Positions 24,818-45,878 are shown, numbered from the whole stretch's first letter. The stretch: 58,373 nucleotides of DNA, filler included, from Sphacelaria rigidula (GCA_964200075.2; 7 parts of 7 records of this genome joined end to end with filler, not necessarily neighbours in it), one strand, 5' to 3'. A program made the numbers and translations. Notes: generated by a model from the letters alone, not told the origin.

Positions 24818-24884
24818 GTGCTCCGTCTCGAAAGGGATGCGTGGTCAATGGTCACACGACTAAGGCAAGCAACAAATGAGTACG
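24818..24884 (+). mobile_element. Copy of the LINE 3' terminus
   Basis: Near-identical to 37680-37746 and preceded by a C-tract. Confidence 0.8.
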
Positions 24885-25836
24885 TCGATTGCCACCCTAA
24901 TCAGCAGCTACATAGAAATTCCCAGTCGGGCACCAACAATAATTGTTGACGAGCCACTGTTGNNNNNNNNNNNNNNNNNNNNNNNNNNNNNNNNNNNNNN
25001 NNNNNNTTAATTAATTAANNNNNNNNNNNNNNNNNNNNNNNNNNNNNNNNNNNNNNNNNNNNCCCCCCCCCCCCCCCCCCCCCCCCCGAAGGGCGCCCCC
25101 CATCACTGCCCCAACCACCAAGCACACAAAAAATGGTCCCCCCCCCCCCCCCCCCACTCTCCCATTAAATGGTGAGATACCCATGAGACGGTGTGCAACC
25201 CGTGACTGTCTCTGGAAGTGCCGATACCAAAAATATGAAGCAACTCATTGAAGACTGCCATCCGAATTCAAGATAACCAGTACGCCTCGGGCCGAGCAAT
25301 TTTATCAGGATGCAGCTCACTCTTCAGGCGACTCGCCGAAAACATCACGATGCGCCGTGCTTGGTGATTGATTGCGAGCCTGTGCCGGCGAAAACCCGGA
25401 ATGCTCCGTCCAAGCCTTATAGGATTCGAGGTCAATGGCCGTATGACTACGGCATGCAAGATCGTGAGTACCCCCCCCATCTCCACCCCCCGGCCATCTG
25501 TCCCCCACAGCCGAGTCGTGTAACGAAAGAGGGGGATGATTTCCGGCTGTTGCACCTGTCGCATTTTCTCACCCCGAAGAGTGAGGCAGAGACGATACGC
25601 CTTACTCTATTCGAGCCACGCCGAAGATCCCAACCAGCCCGAATATCCTACTCTGCAAAAATGACTGCAGTGTAGTACCGTGTCATAGTGAGCAGGAACT
25701 ATCGACTGTACAACGCGTGATCGATCGACGGCGCACCATGCACGTTCCGTGCACAAACACTCGTCTATTGTCGCTTGCACGCAACTCAACCTTTGGGAAA
25801 ACAAATAAACAAACATACGTGTACGTCTTCTATTAG

Positions 25837-32716
<6,880 letters not shown>

Positions 32717-33085
32717 GTGCCTCTCTCAGGTGCAGTACATCAAAACAAATTCAGCAGGTAGTATACTACGGAGAGCAAATGGAATGAGACTGTAAAAACC
32801 TCGAGCATGACCACTTTGGCTTGACCATAGGTCATCTAATTCATTTTGCCCACACAAAATGATATGCTTAAATGGAAGCCTCATGAAAAAAATGTCGAAA
32901 TAATTGCGAGTCGTAGCTACATTGTTCTTTGTCATTGAATTGCACTGAAAAAGTTGTCGTTATTCCTCTACTACTTTTGCACCCGTTCACCTATACCCCT
33001 GTCTACTTCACCGGTATGACCTCAAGTGGCATGACCTTACGTTGTCACTTCCCTCGCCCCCCCCGAGGACAGTACCAACGTTCGT

Positions 33086-33245
33086 GGGGGCGTACTCATT
33101 TGTTGCTTACCTTAGTAGTCGTGTGACCATTGACCACGCATTCCTTTCGAGACGAAGCACCGTTCCTACTCTTAATAGAGACATCTCCAACAGTTAGGTG
33201 TTCATTACGTTTCTTCCATAAATTGCACAAAAACCCTTTCCTACG
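33086..33245 (-). mobile_element. 5'-truncated copy of the LINE 3' end with a CCCCC tail
   Basis: The reverse complement aligns to ~37600-37748 and ends ATGAGTACGCCCCC. Confidence 0.8.
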
Positions 33246-33849
33246 TCGGACGAGTCATCACTCGTCGAGACGAGTGCACTCGTGGATGTTTTTCGAAAAC
33301 ACAACGAGCATGACTNNNNNNNNNNNNNNNNNNNNNNNNNNNNNNNNNNNNNNNNNNNNTTAATTAATTAANNNNNNNNNNNNNNNNNNNNNNNNNNNNN
33401 NNNNNNNNNNNNNNNGGGAAGATGGCTTCGCTCGGTCGCAAGTGTTTCGCGTCATCCCTGAAAAGAGAAATGCCACTCCGACCCCATATTTTGTATGAGC
33501 CTCATTTTCTAGGATTCACTGTTAGTTGAAGAAGAAATGTGGTGAAGTTGGATTATACTGTTTGGCAACAGGACAAGTAGAAAGAGGGGGAGAACACTTC
33601 CGAGTCACACTAAAGCAGAGCGCGAGCAAGAAGTGGGAAAGGATAGAAACACGTAAAATATCGGCATGGGTTAGAAGGGTAGGATGGAGAGTATGCATTG
33701 CTAACGGAATACCAAACCTAAGACGTAGTGTACGGGCAAGCGGGAGGGAAAGAGAGGCAGGAACACGTACATGCCCGGAAGGGGAAGGGGGGAAGAAAAA
33801 GCGCCCCGAAGCAAGTAGACGAAGACAAAACCGGCAAGGGGCAGAACGA

Positions 33850-36800
33850 TCAAGCAAGGGAACGTAGGAGTAAGAGACACGGGAAGAGTATACAGGACAA
33901 GAAGAGAGCGGATAATGACTCAGAAATGATGTCGGAAATATGATCGCGGAACGTGTGTGGATTCGTCACAGACGAGCGCAAAAGAGAAGAGCGAATCGAA
34001 CAAGTGAGTAAACACGACCTGAATTTGGTAGAAATTCGAGAGTCATGGGAGAAAGAGGGGGCAAAAAGAGGATGCAAAGTCGAGGAGTACGCATGGACAG
34101 GGAAAAAGCGGGAGGGACAGAAGCCCAAAAGCAGGGTAGCGGGAACAGTAGGATTCTCGGTCAAGGTACACCTGCGTGACAGTATCGAAGTGATCGATGA
34201 CACGGAATTCGACGAGAGCATATGGATAAGGGTACCAGGAGAGCGGGGAACGAAAGCCTTCTTCGCAGGGAACGTCTATATGCCCTCAGAATCGGAGAGT
34301 AAGGTGAACGATATCCAGCGTAGGTTTGGGGAGACAGCAGATGTGCATAGGTGTAAAAAGCAAGGAGAAGTAATGTTCGTGGGAGATTTCAATGCAAGGG
34401 TAGGAAGAGCAGGTCAACCGGAAAATGTCATTAGGCAATGCGGGGAAGATAAGAAGAACACGAATGGGTGTAGAAATGATGAAGATCCTCGAGCATAACG
34501 AGATCAAAACGCTGAACGCCAGAGCATAGAGCTAGAGGCGCAATGAACATGGGCGTGGGAATGCGACGGGAAAAATGGGAACGCCTCGTTGTTGACTATT
34601 TAGTGGTAGAGCATGGAAATAGTGAAGAAATGGAAGTACAGGTATGCGCGGAGGACATGGGAAGCACAGATCACTGCCTAACATGGACAAAAAGCCAACA
34701 GACAAAAGAAATAGAAGGGGTAGGAGGATGTACGAATGGAGAATCCACAAACTAGATATGGAGGGAAAACAGCAAGAATTCCAAGAAGAGATGGCCGACA
34801 ACGCAGTGAACGTTTCCGAGCTGTTAAAACGCGTAGGTACAGTTGATACCGAAATGGAAAGAACTCGGGAAGGAGCGAAGATTGTAGGAGGATGGGAGCA
34901 GCTGGTCAAGAACACAGCGAGTAAAGTCAGAGGGAAGAAGCTGATCGTATGCAACAAAGCAGTAAAATGGTGGGATGAGGAAGTGAAACCGGCTATAAGA
35001 GTAAGGAGAGAGGCCGACGCGAAATGGATGTCGAATAAAAGTACGGTAAAATGGGAGGGGTAAAGTAAAGCTCGAAAGGAAGTAAAAAAGATAGTACAGC
35101 AGAAGAAGAAGGAAGCATGGAAAGATATAATAAAGAAGAATGAAGATTCCGATGGCGGCATGAAACCAATAATGTGGGTTGGGATGAAATGGATTATGGG
35201 AAACCAGGCAAGGAAGATGGACAACGGGACAGCTACACTACGGGCACAGAAGGGAAAATGGCTAGTAGTTCGAAGGGGAGTAGAGAAGTGGTAGTCGAGC
35301 ACTACCGTGAACAAGGAACACCAGAAACTAACACGAAGTTCGATAAGGAGTTTGAGAAAGATATCAACGAGGGGGAGACGCAAGTGTAGAGACGTCGAAA
35401 CGGGACGACAGTGGCTCAATATAATTGCGAAGATAATTCACCAGAGATGGAGTAAAGGAGTGCGTAGCTAAACGCAAGATCAAGAAAATAGCAGGGGCAG
35501 ATGTAGTAATGAATGGATCCCTGAAGTACGGGGGGGAAGGGATGATTACGACGATAGTTATGCTGTATAACGGGATATGGGAAAACGAGCACACACCCAA
35601 GACGTGGAGAGAAGGAGTAGTCGTCAACCTTTCCAAAAAGGGATGCAAGGCTGACCCAGGAAACTACAGAGGGATAACGTTACTGAGCACGGTAGGGAAA
35701 ATGTTCTGTAAGACTTTGAATGATAGAGTAGGAACGGTGCTAGAAACGGAGGACAAAATCAGCGAGGGACAAGCAGGAATTAGGCCGAACCGTACCTGCG
35801 TAGACCATGTGTACACACCAGGTAAGTTGATTCAGGGCAGGAAAGACGCCGGGCTGACGACGCACTGTTTCTTTCTGGATGTACAAAAGGCTTATGACAC
35901 AGTATGAAGAAATAGGCCGTGGACAACGTTGTGGGAGGCTGGGATTAGAGGAAAGATGACAGAATGCGCCAAAAGTGCCATGATGCTAGACGGGGAAATA
36001 TCAAAATATATTTTGATGTTTTACAAGGAGTTGCGCAAGGATGTACGTTATCACCTGCCTTGTTCAAGGTATTCATTAAGGACCTCGTATAAGTGATAGT
36101 AGCAGCAAATCAAGGAGTCAAGGTAGATGAAGATTTGGTATCAGGTTTGATGTTCGCAAATGATTTTGTGGGGATCTCAGGAACAGCAGAAGGACTGCAA
36201 GAGCAATTAAATAGAGAACGCGCTATAGAATACACCAGGAAATGGAGAGTAGTGACAGCGAAGGTTAACCAGTGCCCGGTACTCGTCTGTAACGAGTCAT
36301 ACTACGATAGAGGGGGGGTGTTTGGTTCCACGAAAAAGTGGGCTCATGGATGTTCCAGACGATCTAGCACACTCGCGGTGCGCTTGTATTTGGGTATAAG
36401 CGGCGTCAAACAGTATGAATGAGCTTTATTTATCAGAAGCAAGCGCGAACGAACAACCGTTGCTGCTGTACATGACGATTTCAAGTAGAATCTCGTGGAA
36501 GAAAACGGCCCAAAATACCCCTCCCCTATCGTAGCATCACTCTAACGACGGTGAGAAATGCGGTAAAGTTCAAATGGAAGTGGGGATAAGAGGAACTCCC
36601 GATCGCAGAGCAGTATACATGCCTTGGTGTAGAGATCTCAAGAAACTGTTCTTGGATGCACACATAAATACGGTGATAGAAAAGGGTAAGACACAAATTG
36701 GAATGATGGATGTGGTCTTCAGAGACTCGCATCCAGACACTAGGATTAAGAGATGTATCCTGATGAACGTGACCGTACCAAAGCTGGAATATGCAGGAGA

Positions 36801-37748
36801 AGCATGGGAGCGGAACGTGAAATTGGCGAAGAAGTTGGAAACAGTATAGATGGCAGCAGCTAAGAAGATGCTGAGATGCTCCAAACCGACGGGAAATACA
36901 GTAAAAATAGCGTAGTTGGGAATGTACGCACTCGAAAATAACAGTTCGCTAGCAATATAGTTTGAAGAATACTCAGAGGAAGAGATTGCCAGCTATACTT
37001 AGTAAGGCTGTATGGCAGAAAAGTACGAAAGGGAAGGCTGGAATACGGTGGGATAGAGAAGTCGAGAAAGTATGGAAGGAGATAGGAGGAAACCAAGACG
37101 AAATGCTGTCGATAAGTGAAGGCGCGGGATACAAGACAAACGTATGGGACATGATTTAAATAAGGGGGAAAGGAGCGCTCAAAGGCAAAGCAGAAGAGGA
37201 AGAACACCTGATCTGGAGATATACGGGTGGTTGAGAGGGGGGATCGGGATGAAAACATATCTGCATGGCCTAATGGACGCTGCGAAAAGTATGAAACTGT
37301 GATTTTGGGTGGGGAACCTGGACCTGCCAGAAAGAAGAAAGAAATATACCAGTAGCCGTGTGGAGGAGGAAGCAGACGCGCAGAACGGCCCCTGTGGCAA
37401 AGCAATAGAGAGCAGAAGTCATATAGTGGCAGAATGTGAGCTATACAAGGAGGCACGGGACGTCCCAGAGGGGGAAATGCGGGGCGTGAAAGAAGATGGC
37501 ATGTAACCGGTTGATGTATTAGACAGTAGCGAAAAGATGGTATTCATACTAGGAGGTAGATGGTGGCCAGAGACGGCAACAGGACGGGGATAAGATACGT
37601 AAAAGGTTTATGTGAAATGTATGGGAAAAACGCAATCAGCGTCGGAATGTTGACGGTGGCTCGATTAGGAGTAGGAAGGGTGCTCCGTCTCGAAAGGGAT
37701 GCGTGGTCAATGGTCAAACGACTAAGGCAACCAACGAATGAGTACGCC
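33850..37748 (+). mobile_element. Decayed non-LTR retrotransposon (LINE): APE endonuclease + RT + C-terminal Zn knuckle
   Basis: VGDFNARVG, STDH, NYRGITLLS, EGQAGIRPNR, FLDVQKAYDTV, GVAQGCTLSP, LMFANDF (FADD degenerate) and xPCGKAIESRSHIVAEC. Many stops. Confidence 0.93.
36294..36542. mobile_element. 249-bp MITE inserted in the LINE RT region (Sola-like termini)
   Basis: ~33-bp imperfect TIRs with GAG...CTC ends and a 4-bp TSD TAAC (36290-36293, 36543-36546). Confidence 0.85.
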
Positions 37749-37802
37749 ATCCGACTGGGGTGTGGTACGCTCTTGTCCTTGTCGTGCACGCACAGGTGCA
37801 GC

Positions 37803-38229
37803 TGTCGGGTAAAATCAACGATGATGATAGCACCCCCCAAGTTGCGATTGGATCCTATCGCCGCAACCGTCCTTGCTGCCTTGTGTGTGAGAGAACTGTG
37901 GAGTTGACGGGAACATCGCCCTACGTTTCGACGACGAGTTCTGCAGCATACAGAGGCGCCCCCCGTCCAAGTAGAGAGGCAGAGATGAATCGATCTTTCC
38001 ATTGGTAAGCTCCACGGACAAGAGGAGAGGACAACCCTCAGCACCTCAGCGTTCTTTGGGGAGCTGTGCAGCAATAACCTGCCTACCGGCGCATAGCAAA
38101 GTGGGTACATGCTGGTAACATGATGCCAACCTCTCGAGCGATTGGGAATCGCCGAGCGAGGACACACAAAGGACACGGGCGCAGAACTTCCTCTCTGCCG
38201 TTACTCCTCCGGTGGTATCGTCTTCGACA
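37803..38229 (-). repeat. Candidate LTR (TGTCG...CGACA, 427 bp)
   Basis: 5-bp inverted termini. The right end is homologous to 593-634. It lies downstream of Gypsy element 2. Boundaries are uncertain. Confidence 0.5.
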
Positions 38230-39309
38230 CTCGTGTACGCCGCATTCGTCCAGTGCATCTAGTCACAACTGACTAACTGCTGGAGTTTTGGGGGGGGGGA
38301 GAGGGTTTTCCTTCGTGTAACTGTTTCGCACTTGACTGACCTGCAATATATTCATGCCACTTGAACCTCATTTCGGTGTTGAACCCCATTTTTAGGATCG
38401 GCTGTTGAGTGCTGCTTCCTGCAATCCCAACTTCACCGACAGCTGGCAGCACGTCATTGGCGGCGACTCCCTCTCTACGACCGGAAGGAGACCCTGCGCG
38501 CTCCGCGCCCGCAGCACCGTCGAGATTCCACGGTTGATCTCTACTGACATATCTCTCTATCGGTCCGGCCGCGATCTCCTGAGCACCCTCGACGCGTGAC
38601 GACCGTTTAACGAAGGTCCTGGTCTGCGCCTCGAGCACCGCCCTCAATCCTTCAACTGAACTATCTTGATCCGCCACCTCAGAACAACGATCCAAGTTCG
38701 AACCATTACGAATGTTAACGTATTCGAACGATCGTGTTGGTCAGATGACGTTGCAGCAATAACAGCCCCTTGCCGTGTGCTCAAATAGAATACTGCCCAC
38801 TTGCAGTAACTGGGAAGAAGATGACGATGTGTTGTAAGTAATTATTATTACTATTTAGACGTGGGAAGTTGGGTGAATGGATGTGAGGGAGATGAGTGAG
38901 AGAGAAGGTCATAGAACCTACCCTGTCATGACTACATACGATCAAAACATTTCAAATGGCGCAAGATCTACCCTTGTGCGAGGTGAGAGAACCTCAATTT
39001 CGCGCAAAGGGGATCATCATACCGGGTGGTGTCTAAATGGTGAGACCCCCATGAGGCATTGTCTATGCCATGACTGTATGCGGAATGTGACGCCAGCAGG
39101 TTGCTAGTACTGCAGCGTCTAATGCTGTTGAGGGACTCCCCAGGTCCATTGGCCTCAGGCTTCACTTGTTAGCCTTTATAACATCTTTTATTATCCTGGA
39201 GTGCCACCCAGGCGGCTCCATTAACCATATCGGGGCACCACCCCTGTGTCCATGTCATCATCCGTATTGTCACTACATATCCTAAGTCATCATCCATATC
39301 ACCACTATA

Positions 39310-41590
39310 TACTCAACGTGACGGCGTGATTTCGTCACAGCACCCCCGAAGGGCGTTGGACGAGAATCGAGCAACAAGCTTGACACTCAGACGAGCTACA
39401 TGGACGGTCTGAACACGACGCGAAACAATGTTTTGGATCTCAAACACATGCGGGTGATGAGCACCAACCACTCTCCACGGACCAGTCCACGTCGCCATTA
39501 ATTTTGGCGTAACTCCCGGGCGAAACATAATCGTCTACCTCGAAATTCGGAAATTCCAGCCCCGACGAAGTCTCCTCACATCTACGTGCACGTTCAGCGG
39601 CAACACGCTCCTGTACTTGAGCGTGGAAACTTTCCTGCCACTCCAAAACTCCTTGCAACGCACGTTTCAGTTGCGCATCGTCCAAGACATCGACTTATGC
39701 CAAGATAGCCCCCCCACAAATAGTGCACCGGAGACCGTCCGGCAAACCGGCTGCGATCCTACTACTGGGCTCTTTTGCAGCAATTTCGTCCACATGAGCG
39801 GTGTTGAGCAGTCCGAAATCAGCTATAACGCCCAAATGAGTGACGTCGTGCAGCACGAAACCAGCTCTAACGGAATTTCTGAATTGGTGCAAAACTACCC
39901 CAATGACTCTTGGATGCATCCGAACAAATCAGCACCTGTCAACTGGGGCGGGGATGGAACAGCGTCACGACATGAGTCACCAGATCCTTCGCTTCCGCCC
40001 ATGCCTGCAGCCTGTCCTCCGTCCACGATGCGGGCGGAACAGCTCGGTTTTTGACCACCCGATTCGTGCACATTGCAGCCCCCACCATGAGTTCTTCTAG
40101 GAAAACGCGCAAGGGCGCCACTACTTCGGCCGTACGTGGCAACGAGGTACGCAACCAGTTCATTGCGTGCAGGAATTGCATTAGTTCTGCTGGTGTTTCT
40201 TGACGCCGCATGTCAGACAAACCTTGCAAGCGGACCGGGTCATGCGAGACGCGGCCTCATGAATATACTTTCCCACACCACACTAATTCACTGGCAAAAA
40301 AGGTACACTTGTGGGCAGCTGCAAACAGACCAACACTCTCTAAGCCGCCAAGATTGCATCAAGCGTATCCAACAGTTCGTCTTCCGTATCCGCGGAGAAA
40401 AAGACGTCATCCACCCAAATGTTGCATTTCAAGCCATCTAAAACGTCTACCATGACACCTTGAAAATAGGAAGTAGCATTGAACACGCCTTGCGGTACTC
40501 GTTGCGGGGTGAACATGCAAAACGGACTCGTGATGGTGAATATCTCTTGCGCCTCTTCGGCCAACGGCATCTGCCAGTACCCCTGTGGGAGGTCCAACTT
40601 ACCGAAGCATCACGCACTCAACAGGTGTATCATGTCGGATTCCTGATTGGGCATGACACCCGGCGACTTCTCCACGAGATCATTGACGGCTCCGTAGTCG
40701 CTGACAAGACGGAAAGAATCCTTCTTCGGCACCGCCATCGCTGGACTGGACCACACCGCCTGTAGATCCCTGAACACCAACCCAAACGCCGCAAGAGCTC
40801 CCATGCAAGAAGCTAACCAACTGGAATTTACCGGATCATACCTCCTCGGCTTTGCCTTCACCGCGGCTGCCTCCGGCTTCAGTGTAACCCTCATGGGTTC
40901 CACGCGCGCAGGGGGATCACCCATCAGCGCACGACGAAACGCGTTAACATGGCGATACAATATGCCACGCAAGCGCTCCGCTTCTAAGACGTTGAAGCCA
41001 TTTGCCACAGCATCCGTCACGCTTTCCTCCAGCGCAGCCATTCGCGCGGACTCGTCTTCTACCGCCTCCATAAATATCGGGGCCACGCTCCATGAAGCGT
41101 CCCACCGCCTCATCACGCTCCTCGGACATCTCCCCCCCCCGCCTCCTGGAGAGCATCAACCGACAAGCTCACTCTGCGACTGGCCAAAAAAGCAAGCGTC
41201 TTGACACTCGAACCGGGTGACGGCATTTGCATTTTCATAGACTCTAACAGCCGATCATACGGATCGACTCCGAGTCCCCGAAGCGTCGGTAAGCCCAACA
41301 GAACGACACCATCCGTCCCCGGTATGATCGCAAACGATATCGAGAGTAATTTCGCTGGTCCCCAGGTAGTCCTGAACGTCAACTGTTGGGGAACCGTACA
41401 CTCCGTGACATTTAAACGTTGCCCCGATTCGGTGATGGCCTGCCGCGCCCCGAGCGAGAACGGAATGCGGATTTGCTCACCAGGGAGTAGACGCTCCAGC
41501 ATCTCCACAACCAGCACCGACACGCTCGTGAAATGGGCGCCTGAATCTAACACAGCGTTGACCGATATGGCTCCCCCCGCCCGTTGATAT
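39310..41590 (-). mobile_element. Decayed Ty3/Gypsy pol with an internal deletion of most of RNase H and integrase
   Basis: Protease VLDSGAHFTSV; RT WSSPAMAVPKK, LDLPQGYWQM, WVDDV; RNase H start SDASKSHWG; integrase C-terminus KLMATWTGPWRVV..HVARL. Confidence 0.92.
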
Positions 41591-41610
41591 GGGAAATATA
41601 CCTCTGCAGA

Positions 41611-41651
<41 letters not shown>

Positions 41652-42235
41652 CTCTACTGTCACCTGCTNNNNNNNNNNNNNNNNNNNNNNNNNNNNNNNN
41701 NNNNNNNNNNNNTTAATTAATTAANNNNNNNNNNNNNNNNNNNNNNNNNNNNNNNNNNNNNNNNNNNNCGGGCTGTGTTATAGTAGGTTAAAGAAAAAGG
41801 AGGGTTAGCTGCTCTATTTCATGTCTATGTCCGAGCAGCAATGAATGGAGCGGTGTGTTTTGATTTGGGAGGGCAATACGAACCTCAGGTTCACGATTGA
41901 TTGTGGCGACTTGTCTGTCAATACTTCGCTTATCCCCCTGTCAACGGGATGTTTTATGTTCCCGTTCGAGGTGTTACAAAAACGTTTTTGCACAAGTGAT
42001 TTTTTTGTCCTTTTTCGGGGGAGAGGGGTATCGCAGCAACCAATCATGGGTCCTTTTTTTACAAAAGTGATTTATTGAAAAGTGATAATCCCTTCTGATA
42101 AGACCCCGCCTAACCCTGCATGCGGCGGTTAAACATACGTGGATTTTCACATGAAGCCACTGGTTCGTGCAAACGCGAGGCATGTCATTCCTAACCAGCC
42201 TCCTTCCTTGTTCTGAAGGCACGGTCGCAAAAGGA

Positions 42236-43866
42236 TTATCGAAGGGGATTATCCCCTATTCCAAAATCCTCTTTTTCAAGAACGACCGCTGATTGGCCGC
42301 TGCGATACCACCCCCCCCCCCAAAAAAAAATATATATATATTTATATATATATATCCCCTCAGTTCAAAGAAGTACCATTTTCAAAAGGAGATTTTTGTG
42401 CACCTCGAAGGGGAACATATATGTCTCGTTGAGAGGGGTACATGCAAAGGCTTACCACACAACCCGACACAACAACAGCTGAACCTGAGGAACTTAGTGG
42501 CCCCGCAAACCAAAAATGCACTGCTCGAACCCTAGCTGCTTATCAGCTGCTCATCAGCTGTGCACGTTGTGCGTGACCGTGCTCAAATCTGCTCAAAATT
42601 CATATAGAAGTAGTGATTTGCATGAGACGCGCGCACAGTGCACGCTTACAAAACGGTCCGTAACGATAAGTTCTCGGTTGTTGGCGACGCGCACGCAGCC
42701 GCCATTCGTCCAATACAGAACGGATTTCCGTGAACAAAGACTGCCGCAAGTAGATCAGCAAGCGTTAGCGGTGAAACTAATGCGCGTGAGCGGTGGGTGT
42801 CTGTGCGTGTTTTTTCGGGGCTGGGTGTTTAGGTGTTGTGTTGCCTTGTTGCGTCTTGCCTGTAGCATCACGCATTAGGGCGTGTCTTTGCACTGTTTTT
42901 TCGATCTGAAAAGTGCGGTCGATTTCCCCCCCCCAATCTGATAGGTCCACCGCATTAATGTTCCTTTAAGGCTCCAACTCTAAATTATAATTCGTGGCGC
43001 GTGGAGAAGAATTACTCGAGGTGAAAAACAATCGTTTTCGATCAAAAACATGTCGGTCGAAAGGCACGAAGCGGCACTTGACTCCTGTCTTACAGACCAC
43101 CCCGCCAAATAACACCTGTTCACAGGACCATGCGCACTACATCCAACTCATTCTCAGCTACCACCGCAACCCTGCCGCATAGGACACGAGTTGAGCACAA
43201 GGGTTAACACACTGCAGCAGTTGGGTGTACTTTGTGTATTTTTTGTTGGCGAAAGCTTGCGCATGTAGAGATCAGCGACGGAACTGCGTGATACGGTGGG
43301 TGACCGAGTTGCGTACACGCTTGTGGACAGTGCAGGCAGTGCAAAGCTGCACGATAGCGAAGTCTTTTTCACGTCGCATTTTAAGCAGAGAGAACTGATA
43401 GTCCTGGGCTGTCTGCACTGCACGTTGTCTGCTTCTCTTCATAATCCTACTGTAGGTAACACGTCCACACGCACTCAAGACACACTGCTTGCAAGCAGTG
43501 CAGCAGTACAGACTGTCAGCACTGTGCACGAGTGAGACCATGTACCGTTTCACGAATTACACTGTATTTTTTGGATCGAAAGCTTGAAAATCCATCTGTA
43601 CCCAACTGCATCAAAACGAGAAAATTATGGTCAGATCGATTCCACCGCCCCATTTTTTCGACCGGAAAAAAAAGTGCTGAGACAGGCCCTCACACAGACC
43701 GTGGACTAACGATCACATCCAGACCCGCCGCATTTATGAAACTGCGGGCAGAGCTGGGGTCCGATCTGTACAAAACTGCTTCTCGGTAGGACTCAGGACT
43801 GGTCGCTATGAGGCCAATCCCCTGTCAAAACGGGATTGTGAGAAGGGGGGAAATCCCTTTCGATAA
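42236..43866. mobile_element. Putative non-autonomous DNA transposon
   Basis: Imperfect ~40-bp inverted repeats at 42236-42275 and 43826-43866. The internal segment ~43070-43520 is homologous to ~55700-56150. Confidence 0.55.
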
Positions 43867-45127
43867 GAAGGGTCCTCACAGCTGTTAGACTGGTCACTTT
43901 GTTCCCCTACAGGTGGACGACGCTGTCTGGCGGGATTTCTCATTTTGGTCGTGGCAATTCAACCATAGATTACATGGGCACAAATCACGTGTTTTGTACT
44001 CCCTCGTGGTCTGTGCCGCCTGTCTGACTCCTCATGTATTGTCCACATAGCTTCACACTGTCTGTAGTGTTGTGTAACACTGAGCAGAGGCATCGGCAGG
44101 ATGCAATAGATTGTGACCAGTGGAGAGCGATACGTGGCACGCTGACTGTTTCTTTCCGTTGTATCTAGCGGGCACATGCAGCACACATATGGTGACGCTG
44201 CACGCAATTTGACTGCAGGCTCAAAACCGGTCATGGAGTCTCCGGGACAATTTTCTATGTAGATGCCCCGCACCGATATGGTTCTGAAAAAACGTGTTTT
44301 GTGTAGCGAAAAAGAGTTGTTTTGGACCCCAAATGTTGCCTAGTCCATCTCAGTCCACCGACGGGGTGGTCGCTGTCTACGAGGTGGGCCAGCCAACAAT
44401 GGGTAGTTTTCTCGCTCAGGCGACGCTCAGCGTATAATGAGGTTTTGGACGCTGAAAATTTGGCAGCAGCTTATTGTGATCGACATGCAGAGTATGATGA
44501 GAGCAGCAAAGAAAGAAAGAAGAAAAAATGAAGTTATGGGGATTTGAAATGTCAGCAAAAGCAAGATAATGTCATGAGTCCAGGAAAACCGGAATCTGCA
44601 GCTGCTCCCGTGATGTATCATTTCCTTGGGTGCATAAGGTCTTCGTGAAATTTCAGCTCAAGAGTCGTCGAATTGGGCCGTGAATGCAACGGTTCGCGTG
44701 ACGCTGCTGCACCCGTACAATGTAAGTGATGGTAGACTCCAATTATGGAGGTCATGAGTTTGAATCCCGACATGTTCTCTTTTTTTTGTCCGTCGCATAT
44801 TATGCAGTACATTTTTTTTTCTTCTTGCAGCGGCGGTGCCATGTGTTACCAAGTTGGTGGTCACTTCACAGTTATGTACTTACATTGGGTTCATTCGGGA
44901 AACTGGAAAAACTGTAGTGTGGACAACGTTTAGCCGCTTTTAAGCTGGCCCAGCTCGTAAGTTTTAGATGATGGACCCCACTGCAATATCCAAACGAATT
45001 GATTCGATTATATCCCACTTATCAAGGTCATCAGACTCTTATGCGATGACCCGGGGAAACCGTGACATCGGGCGTGAGGTTGAGTGCTACAGCGAGTGGT
45101 TTCGGGGCACTTATTGCACTGCAACGG

Positions 45128-45129
<2 letters not shown>

Positions 45130-45222
<93 letters not shown>

Positions 45223-45581
45223 TGTTGTTTTTCCATCTATTCTGGACGCCAGTATGCACCTTTCGGTATATGTGGGCGCACAAGTCGGGGTCGCACAGGA
45301 AGCGGGTCACCACAGGAGTGTTTGGTTTTGTTTTGTTTGTTTTTAGTACTCCACCTTCCTTCTGCGGTGCTTGCCTTCATATTTTATCGCGAGAGGGGTT
45401 CAGCAGTCCCTTTCTCTCGTCGACCGTTCAGTCGAATTTTGTGTACCAACGAAATAGTCGCTCTCCACTGTGGGGCATGGTGTGAGAAAAAATACCAGAT
45501 CGTGTGACTGCACCGAGATTCGAACCCACGACCCAACCGTCAGAAGGTTTTGTGGTTACCAACTGAGCCACCGGGGCGACC
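45130..45581 (-). mobile_element. Full-length tRNA-derived SINE (~360 bp) with a (CA)n tail
   Basis: Head GGTCGCCCCGGTGGCTCAGTTGG (A box)...GGTTCGAATC (B box). The body is shared with 54298-54516 and 57824-58110. A (GT)n run at 45130-45219 lies at its 3' end. Confidence 0.88.
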
Positions 45582-45878
45582 ACTCGTAGTGTTGGGTATA
45601 TCGCAGTATTTCATCATGAGCCCCACTGCATGAATCGCACCGTGACGGTCCACATGTAGAAATGAGGAAGATGGTTTCATTGGATCGGTGAACGGTATCC
45701 GCCTAACGAACACCCAAAATAAAAACATGCGGACCGTGACCTAAAAGTAGTCCATTAATACTGTACGGACTCTTGGTTGTATTTTATGTCGTTTTATTCG
45801 TCTTGTTTTGTTGATGCTTTGTTCTGGAATTTCAGAAGAAATGATGAGGGCACGATCTCTGGGAAGGAATAGCAGGGA

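Noticed and set aside
34532..35419. 295-aa ORF on -
   Set aside because: Antisense shadow of the purine-rich LINE.
38230..38265. Helitron 3' end (hairpin + CTAG)
   Set aside because: Homology with the contig-1 copy continues well past CTAG.
45505..45581. Functional tRNA gene (also B-box-like matches at ~13295 and 24350)
   Set aside because: No clean cloverleaf. The 45505 copy is continuous with a dispersed SINE body.
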